A stretch of DNA of 29,157 bases. Origin: Planctomycetota bacterium. Lineage in GTDB: Bacteria; Planctomycetota; GCA-002687715; DRQF01. Numbering within the stretch: position 1 is the stretch's first letter; every line of letters starts with the position of its first letter. The position numbers and the translations under genes were made by a program. A model generated the notes under the pieces. The model ran no database searches. It was not told the DNA's origin and was given only the letters and a program-made list of their open reading frames with translations. Location of the stretch: contig JALTLO010000079.1 of NCBI GenBank assembly GCA_027001995.1, positions 31,290 to 60,446 on the forward strand, read 5' to 3'. Positions 8,097 through 14,761 of the stretch are shown here, piece after piece.

Positions 8097-10622
8097 ATGG
8101 AATCTGGAGATCAGAAGAAAAGCCGGCTGACAATTGATGAGCAAACCGGTTCATTCTTCATGGATGGTTTGACCTATGCCCCCGGGGCTGGCAAGAACGC
8201 CGAGATTGCCCTACCCGAACCAACGGATGAATTTTGTTTCATCCGTGTTTTGGGAGCCGGCGGTATGGGGGTTGTCTTCGAAGCCGAAGAAACCCGCACA
8301 GGTCGCCGCGTTGCCCTCAAGGTCATCGCACCTCGACTGAGCCCATCCCAAGATGTTCTCGATCGTTTTCAACAAGAAGCTCGTGCCAGTGCTTCCCTCT
8401 CACATGATCATTGTGTCTTTGTCTATGGGGCCTATCAGGTCCACAATAACCCAGCGATCGCCATGGAGCTGATGAGTGGCGAGACTTTGGATGATCGAAT
8501 CAAGAGCAAGAAGAAAATCTCCATTCTGCAAGCAGTCAAATGGACGCACCAAATGCTCGAAGGGCTGTCTTCGGCCCACGAGTCCAACTTGATCCACCGG
8601 GACATCAAACCCTCCAACATTTTCATGGCCGCCAACAACACGGTGAAAGTTGGCGACTTTGGCTTGACCCAATCAAACACGGAAGACTTATCCCAGTCTC
8701 AAAGTGGTGTTTTCATGGGATCTCCTCTTTTTGCCAGTCCAGAACAAGTACGTGGCTACCAACTGGACCATAGATCAGACCTTTATTCCGTTGGTGCCAC
8801 CCTCTATGCCCTCCTATCTGGCTCTGCGCCTCATACATCGACCACGATCGGCGACCTTTTTGCCAAGATCGCAACAGAAGATGCACCTTCATTGCGAACG
8901 GTTCGCCGGAGGGTCCCCAAAGACCTAGAAGCCATCGTCTTCAAAGCCTTGGCAAAAAAACCAGAAGACCGCTTTGACGACTGTGCGGCCTTTCAGCAGG
9001 CTCTTGCGCCATTCTTGAGAGCCAGAGGCGGGACACCTCAATTGTCTTCACGAATCGCAGCTTACTGCATCGACACCTTGGTTTTCTTGATCCCCATCGC
9101 CGCCCTCGCAATAGCGCAAGACCTCCTTGCGCACAGTGGGAGTGAATTTTCCATCTCCTTGTCCATGGAAACCACCCGCACCTCGGCTCGGTTCATATTC
9201 GCCCTTCACTTCGTCGTCATCGAAGGACGATACGGCGCCAGCTTGGGCAAGCGCATCTTGGGTCTCAGGGTTGTCACGATGTCTGGCGATCGCCCGGGAA
9301 TACGGCGAGCATTCCTGCGGTATCTCATATTCGATCTTGACTTCCTCATGTCTTTTCTTGGCCTGAAGAGCAGCTTCTGGGGTTGGATCTGGTTTGCTGC
9401 CCTCTTCAGTACAGCGAGCAGGCGAAGCGGACGACGAGGCCTCCATGAACGGGTAAGCGGAACCCGCGTCATCGAGGTTAACGAAACTTTCTTCAAGAGG
9501 AGCCGGGCCAGGGACGTCCTGGATCCGAAAAGAAACACCAGTGAGCTCCCTCAGGGCTCTTGCGGTCCCTATCAACTCTTAGATCAGCTCCATGAGACGA
9601 ACCAAGGCGATTTGTGGTTAGGCCGGGATGAGAAGCTCGGAAGAGATGTCTGGATTCTGAGTAATTCTCAGGAATTCTTCGTCGGTGACGACACCAACAG
9701 CAATCTCCATTTCCTCGACCGGATCGAAGACTCAAATGGTGTCCACCGAGTCTTCGAAGCACCAGGGGGAGCGCCACTTCTGGAGTATGTAACAGCCAAT
9801 CGAACCTTGCCATGGCCAATTGCCAGGCAAGTCATCTTAGATCTCATCGGCATCCTCAGTGACTCCAACAAACACCCAATCATGGAGCAGGTGTGGATCG
9901 ACCGCAAAGGAAAACTACGATTGCTGCCTTTTTGCTTGTCACAAGAGGAATACCACAGCACAGAATCGTTCGCCCCGGATGTTTGCCGCGCTATATTTGG
10001 CCTCAACGATGACAAGGGGCGACTGCCGGAAGACATCCCTCAAGAAGCCAGGTCCTCAATTCATACCCTCATCAGCAACGACTTTCATCACTCTAACCTC
10101 AAGGAGATGCGCAAGGACATTGATGCGACTGACTCAAACCCACGTTTCGTCCCCCGAGCCACCCGCATGATGCAATTAGCATTCTCATCTCTTGTCCCCA
10201 TCGCTTCCGCTATTGCTTGGTTGGTCTTTGAATTCGACCAGGCTTTAGGCAGCGAGATAAGCAACCCGGAAGACCTGACCGGATTTCAGTATGGGGCCCT
10301 GTGTATTCTTCTACCGGGAATTATCTCAGCCTACGCTTTTCGCGGTAGCTTAGGGTTCACGGTATTTTCTATTCGTATTGTCGACAGTCAGGCTCACCGC
10401 ATTTCCCGGTTCCGATGTGCCTATCGCGCTGCTCTCACCTGGCTGCCTCTCGTGCTCATACCATTAAGCAACCATGTGACCATCATGTTCCTCGAAGAAA
10501 GATGGGTGAGCTACAGCAACGTGCTGCTCTTTGTTCTCTTCGTACTCATTGGTTGCTCCAGTATCTGGACTCCTTCGCGGTCAAGAATCGACGCGATCTT
10601 AGGAACCAACCTGGTGCGTTAG
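8097..10622 (+). CDS. Hanks-type Ser/Thr protein kinase fused to RDD membrane domain, degenerate kinase domain and second RDD-like domain
   Basis: GAGGMG, VALK, HRDIKPSN, DFG, SPEQ, DLYSVG motifs; RDD motifs RIAAYCID, GASLGKRILGLRVV, RGLHERVSGTRV; second set GSLGFTVFSIRIV...RSRIDAILGTNLV. Confidence 0.92.
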   Translation: MESGDQKKSRLTIDEQTGSFFMDGLTYAPGAGKNAEIALPEPTDEFCFIRVLGAGGMGVVFEAEETRTGRRVALKVIAPRLSPSQDVLDRFQQEARASASLSHDHCVFVYGAYQVHNNPAIAMELMSGETLDDRIKSKKKISILQAVKWTHQMLEGLSSAHESNLIHRDIKPSNIFMAANNTVKVGDFGLTQSNTEDLSQSQSGVFMGSPLFASPEQVRGYQLDHRSDLYSVGATLYALLSGSAPHTSTTIGDLFAKIATEDAPSLRTVRRRVPKDLEAIVFKALAKKPEDRFDDCAAFQQALAPFLRARGGTPQLSSRIAAYCIDTLVFLIPIAALAIAQDLLAHSGSEFSISLSMETTRTSARFIFALHFVVIEGRYGASLGKRILGLRVVTMSGDRPGIRRAFLRYLIFDLDFLMSFLGLKSSFWGWIWFAALFSTASRRSGRRGLHERVSGTRVIEVNETFFKRSRARDVLDPKRNTSELPQGSCGPYQLLDQLHETNQGDLWLGRDEKLGRDVWILSNSQEFFVGDDTNSNLHFLDRIEDSNGVHRVFEAPGGAPLLEYVTANRTLPWPIARQVILDLIGILSDSNKHPIMEQVWIDRKGKLRLLPFCLSQEEYHSTESFAPDVCRAIFGLNDDKGRLPEDIPQEARSSIHTLISNDFHHSNLKEMRKDIDATDSNPRFVPRATRMMQLAFSSLVPIASAIAWLVFEFDQALGSEISNPEDLTGFQYGALCILLPGIISAYAFRGSLGFTVFSIRIVDSQAHRISRFRCAYRAALTWLPLVLIPLSNHVTIMFLEERWVSYSNVLLFVLFVLIGCSSIWTPSRSRIDAILGTNLVR

Positions 10623-10835
10623 CTTTCTATCCCAGAATGTTCCCATTCAAGAAAGGAAGTATCAACAATGGCATTCGCACATGAACAATCAGTGAGATAT
10701 TCTCTTCGTTGAAATGACGACGACATCGTGGGTAACCCCTGAGCAGCGATCTCTCCTCTTGTCTGACTGCAAGATTTAGACGAGAATGCCCGCTAATTCC
10801 AAGCATCTCGCCCTTGTCGGCAAGAGAGAGAACAA

Positions 10836-12071
10836 ATGAACAACTTCAAAGCCGTTTTCGTCGCCGTCTTCCTGGGCGCCGCTATCATCGTCGCAGCCGT
10901 CATCGTGAACTCCAAACGACCGACTCCACGAGCCGGTTACGAAAACGCCAGCTTCACCAAGGCAACGGGAAAATGTGCCGCCTGTCACCGCCGGGAAACG
11001 GCAGCGGTGGTCGCCCAATACGAATCGAGTAAGCATGCCGCCGTCGGAGTCACATGCTTAGAATGCCACAGCGCCGCTGAAGGCCAACAGCCAGTCGACC
11101 ACAAGGGCTTCGCGATCACCACCAATCCAACTTCCAAGAACTGCGCCCAATGCCATAGCACGGAGTACGAGCAATTCGCCCGAAGCCGCCACGCAGCTTC
11201 CACCTGGGCCGCAGTCAGAGGCACCGCTGACTTCACCGCAGAGCAAATCGCCCACGGTGAAGAATATCACAAGGGAATGGTGGACCGCCCGGCTAACGCT
11301 TTGGCCATGTTGGAAGGAAAAGGGGCCATCGAAGCTGGTTGCGCTCGATGCCACGCCATTGGTCAACCAAATCCAGATGGATCCATAGGCACATGTACGG
11401 AATGTCATTCCCGCCACGCGGCCAGTGTCGAATTGGCTCGGCAACCAGCAACATGCGGCCAATGTCATATGGGTCCCGACCATTCCCAGCTCGAAATCTA
11501 CAACGAATCGAAGCACGGTGCTCTTTTTGCCATGCAGCGTCACACGTTCAATATGACCGCCAAGTCAAAAGAGCTCACTTCATCCGATATGCCCGTACCC
11601 ACTTGCGCCACCTGTCATATGAGCGGTATGGACGGCCTGAAAGTCACCCATGACACGACAGAACGTCTCTCCTGGACCCTCTACGCCCCCGTTTCACAAA
11701 AGCGCCCCAACTTTCAACGTGGCCAAGATGAAATGAAAGAAACTTGCCTGAAATGTCACGCCCAAGGGGGAATCGAAAAGATCTACGCCGAAGCAGAAAC
11801 AGTAGTCAAAGCCACCAATAAGAAGGTCATTGCCATGAAAAAACTAATGCAAGACCTCCGTGCCGAAGGATTATTAACACCAGAACCCTTTGATCAGCCA
11901 ATCGACTTCCTCGAATTCGACTTTTGGCATTATTATGGACGAACAGCGAAACATGGCGCCTTCATGGGTGGCGCAGATTTCGTCCAATGGCATGGTAACT
12001 ACGAGCTGCTCAAGATCATGGCTGAGATGGAAGAAATCGCTCACCAACTGCGGAAGAACAAGGGTAAATAG
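10836..12071 (+). CDS. Octaheme cytochrome c, hydroxylamine oxidoreductase (HAO) family, likely reductive epsilon-Hao-like type
   Basis: Eight CxxCH motifs (CAACH, CLECH, CAQCH, CARCH, CTECH, CGQCH, CATCH, CLKCH); HAO-type GPDH after heme 6 and ESKHG; C-terminal HGAFMGGADFVQWHG; N-terminal hydrophobic anchor/signal. Confidence 0.9.
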   Translation: MNNFKAVFVAVFLGAAIIVAAVIVNSKRPTPRAGYENASFTKATGKCAACHRRETAAVVAQYESSKHAAVGVTCLECHSAAEGQQPVDHKGFAITTNPTSKNCAQCHSTEYEQFARSRHAASTWAAVRGTADFTAEQIAHGEEYHKGMVDRPANALAMLEGKGAIEAGCARCHAIGQPNPDGSIGTCTECHSRHAASVELARQPATCGQCHMGPDHSQLEIYNESKHGALFAMQRHTFNMTAKSKELTSSDMPVPTCATCHMSGMDGLKVTHDTTERLSWTLYAPVSQKRPNFQRGQDEMKETCLKCHAQGGIEKIYAEAETVVKATNKKVIAMKKLMQDLRAEGLLTPEPFDQPIDFLEFDFWHYYGRTAKHGAFMGGADFVQWHGNYELLKIMAEMEEIAHQLRKNKGK

Positions 12072-12079
12072 GCTGCCCC

Positions 12080-12913
12080 ATGACCCACCCAAAAACAGCT
12101 GGGGCTCAAGACGTTCCCGCATTCCGCCAGCGGATGCTCGAGTGCTTTGCCATCGGAAACCTCGCTTTCCTGGCCGTCGACATTTACTTGGCTCATGCCT
12201 ATAACGATTTCGCTCTCAAGTCCGAGTGGATTCCGTTTGTGTTCTCAATCCTTGGTTCTATCGCTCTCTTGCCTCAACTCTTGAGATCATTCCGAGGTGG
12301 GTCGTTTTCGAGGAGAATGGGGATCGCCGTTGGATCCCTTTCGATCTTGGTGGGATTCGTCGGTTTCCTTTTTCATTTGGAGAGCCAATTCTTGATCCTC
12401 GGCAACGTCATGAGTTTGGTGTATTCCGCTCCTTTGGCCGCCCCGCTGGCCTATTGCGGTATTGGCATGTTGCTTCTTCTCAATCGCCTTGAAGTCGAAA
12501 ATCAGGACTGGGGAGCTTGGGTCGTTTTCCTAGCTGCGGGAGGGTTCTTTGGCAATTTTGCTTTGACGTTGCTGGATCATGCCCAGAATGGATTCGCTCA
12601 TGAAAGTGAATGGCTCGCAGTTGGGTCCTCTGCTTTCGCCTGGTCTTTCCTCATTGTCGCCTCAACGCCATGGGCCAACGCCACACTGCTGAAGGCCACC
12701 GCATGGATTATGGCTCTACAAATTATTGTGGGGACATTAGGGGCATTTCTGCACTTCCGAGCCAACGCAAACGGAGTGTCCGAGTCGATCTGGGACAATT
12801 TCGTCTACGGAGCGCCATTCTTCGCCCCTCTGCTCATGTGCGACATGGCAATTCTTGGACTCCTCGGCCTATACGACCGAGGAGCCAACAAGAACCTGAC
12901 ACCCACGTCTTAA
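12080..12913 (+). CDS. Integral membrane protein (~8 TM, two internal repeats, four conserved His); putative partner of the octaheme cytochrome
   Basis: Starts 8 nt after the cytochrome stop; repeats LAHAYNDF..EW..GFLFHL..YSAPLAAPL and LDHAQNGF..EW..GAFLHF..YGAPFFAPL. Confidence 0.85.
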   Translation: MTHPKTAGAQDVPAFRQRMLECFAIGNLAFLAVDIYLAHAYNDFALKSEWIPFVFSILGSIALLPQLLRSFRGGSFSRRMGIAVGSLSILVGFVGFLFHLESQFLILGNVMSLVYSAPLAAPLAYCGIGMLLLLNRLEVENQDWGAWVVFLAAGGFFGNFALTLLDHAQNGFAHESEWLAVGSSAFAWSFLIVASTPWANATLLKATAWIMALQIIVGTLGAFLHFRANANGVSESIWDNFVYGAPFFAPLLMCDMAILGLLGLYDRGANKNLTPTS

Positions 12914-12940
12914 TCCCCTCCCTCATTCAGGGACAGCGGT

Positions 12941-14626
12941 TTAGAAGACAGAAATCTGGGCACCCTGGGATGCGGAGAAGGTCCAGGCAGCGGGACTACT
13001 TGGATCGTAGACCCACCATTGAACGTAACGAACGAAACCAGCCAAACTGGGTAAGTTGGGAATTGGGAAATGGAGAGTCGCGACGCCATCACCGGCACCA
13101 ACACCCCCAGTCGCCGTAGTTACATAACCAAAGCTTGGGTCATTGACGTCCACCGCAATAGGAACTCCCCCAAACTGTGTTCCTGGAGCAGCAGGGACAT
13201 CTGAGTAGAGCAAATAAGCTTGAGTACCCCCGCGCGCATTGGTGACACCAAGGCGATAGTCGATGTTTCCGACGTTGGATGGATCAAAAGCTAACATCAC
13301 CGGTGAGAATCCTCCCAAGCCCGGAAGAGCTGGTCCGAAAGTCGGAGACCCTAAGGGCTGAACTTCGCTATGAAGAGTAGGACGGTCAAAGGGAAACGTA
13401 GCTTGGGCAACACGAGGGTCCGTAAGGGCATTGGCCAAGAAATCCACCAATGCTGCTTGAGAAGCCAAAGGCACGCTTGTGACCGCCATCAACGGATCGA
13501 TGTTGGTGACAAAATCTCCACCCCGATCATAGAACGCCAAGACTTGGAATAAATCCGTGAACTGACCGTTGTGCATGAATTGGCTCTTGAGGCCAATATT
13601 ACGCAAGGTCGGCGTCTTGAACTTACCGAGATCGGAAGGGTTGCCAGTCACATTCATGCGCCCCGGATCCTCTGCGGGAGGTCGCACTCCGATGTTGCGG
13701 AAGCCGTGATCTGTCGTCAAAGCACCACTATGGCAAATGGAGCAGTTACCCGTTGTGAGATATGTCATCATCCCCTGGCGTTGAGACAAGGTCATGGCAT
13801 TGGTATTTCCGGCCAAGAACTGATCAAACGGAGTTTGATCCGAAATCAGTGTTCTTTGGTAAGTCGCAATAGCCATGGCAATTTTGGCAGCAGTAATTTG
13901 GTTGCTACCAAAGGCAGCTTGGAAGAGACTTGGATAGTCTGGATTTAAGGTCAAAGCCGCGGCCATATCAGCAGGCACATTGCTGGCTAGTTTAAGTGGG
14001 GTGACCAAGGCAAGCTTCGCCACAATCTCTGGCCAGTTCCGCATGTCATGAGCCATTTCGGCGCCGGACAATGGCGGCCCTACAGCTTGGCTTTCCAACG
14101 CTGCCCCAGAAGGCAAGACGGTCACTCCTGTTTGGGGGTCAACAAAGTCATTCGTCGCCCGACCATCCCAAAAGAGAACAGGAGCAAAGGCAGCATTGAT
14201 CATTGTGGGTGTTGTGCGCCCAGTCACTTGAGGAAACAAGGCAAAGGCAGGATCGATAACGAAGTTGTTGTTGACATCTGCTCGGCGGACACCCGGAGAA
14301 CCGAAGACGTCGTCCGCTGTTCCGAAAGATCCATCCGCACCTGGGTTCACACCGACACGAGGATCAACACCTCCGACTCCAGGACGATGGCAGGTTCCGC
14401 AAGCCATGCGGTTGTCGCTGGACATCTGTTCATCCCAGAAGAGAATTTTACCAAGAACAGCTTTTTGAGCTGTGATCGGATTGCCTGCAGGAACGACCAA
14501 TGCTGGCAAAGGCGCGATGGGAGGTCCTCCGCCACCAGGGCCAGGCCCAATTTGAGACCAAGCCGGGGTAGACAAGACAAGAACAAGCAAGAACAGACAG
14601 GAAGTCACTTGTTTCAAAGCGCGCAT
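12941..14626 (-). CDS. Di-heme cytochrome c peroxidase superfamily protein (MauG/BthA-like) with C-terminal extension
   Basis: Signal peptide; LGKILFWD; CGTCH; FWDGRA; CSICH; FKTPTLRNI; FMHNG..FY; ~130 aa non-peroxidase tail. Confidence 0.92.
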   Translation of the reverse strand: MRALKQVTSCLFLLVLVLSTPAWSQIGPGPGGGGPPIAPLPALVVPAGNPITAQKAVLGKILFWDEQMSSDNRMACGTCHRPGVGGVDPRVGVNPGADGSFGTADDVFGSPGVRRADVNNNFVIDPAFALFPQVTGRTTPTMINAAFAPVLFWDGRATNDFVDPQTGVTVLPSGAALESQAVGPPLSGAEMAHDMRNWPEIVAKLALVTPLKLASNVPADMAAALTLNPDYPSLFQAAFGSNQITAAKIAMAIATYQRTLISDQTPFDQFLAGNTNAMTLSQRQGMMTYLTTGNCSICHSGALTTDHGFRNIGVRPPAEDPGRMNVTGNPSDLGKFKTPTLRNIGLKSQFMHNGQFTDLFQVLAFYDRGGDFVTNIDPLMAVTSVPLASQAALVDFLANALTDPRVAQATFPFDRPTLHSEVQPLGSPTFGPALPGLGGFSPVMLAFDPSNVGNIDYRLGVTNARGGTQAYLLYSDVPAAPGTQFGGVPIAVDVNDPSFGYVTTATGGVGAGDGVATLHFPIPNLPSLAGFVRYVQWWVYDPSSPAAWTFSASQGAQISVF

Positions 14627-14699
14627 GGGGAATTCTCCGTTGGAAAAAGGGTTCCAAAGATGACTCCTTTTAGATCACTTTTTCGGAGAAGAGAAACAG

Positions 14700-14749
14700 A
14701 AAAAAGAATCGGATGGAGAGCTTGGATAATCACCCAAGCTCTCCATTCG
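14700..14749 (-). terminator. Rho-independent terminator after the HEAT-repeat gene
   Basis: 13-bp perfect stem ATGGAGAGCTTGG (14713-14725) / CCAAGCTCTCCAT (14734-14746), 8-nt loop, followed on the minus strand by a TTCTTTTTT tract. Confidence 0.85.
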
Positions 14750-14761
14750 GGTTCTTCTTGA

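Noticed and set aside
10668..10712. 14-codon ORF MAFAHEQSVRYSLR with AAGGAAG upstream, ahead of the octaheme gene
   Set aside because: No attenuator structure or biased codons; compatible with chance.
10836..12071. Anammox hydrazine dehydrogenase or nitrifier hao assignment
   Set aside because: Too short, apparent lack of the cross-link Tyr, and no cycAB, amo or hzs context.
12919..12933. Hairpin TCCCT-CATTC-AGGGA between convergent genes
   Set aside because: A 5-bp stem without a U-tract is too weak to call a terminator.
10836..14626. Idea that the MauG-like enzyme matures or cross-links the adjacent HAO-like protein
   Set aside because: The genes are convergent rather than co-transcribed, and the peroxidase carries the tail shared with other exported proteins; there is no positive evidence.
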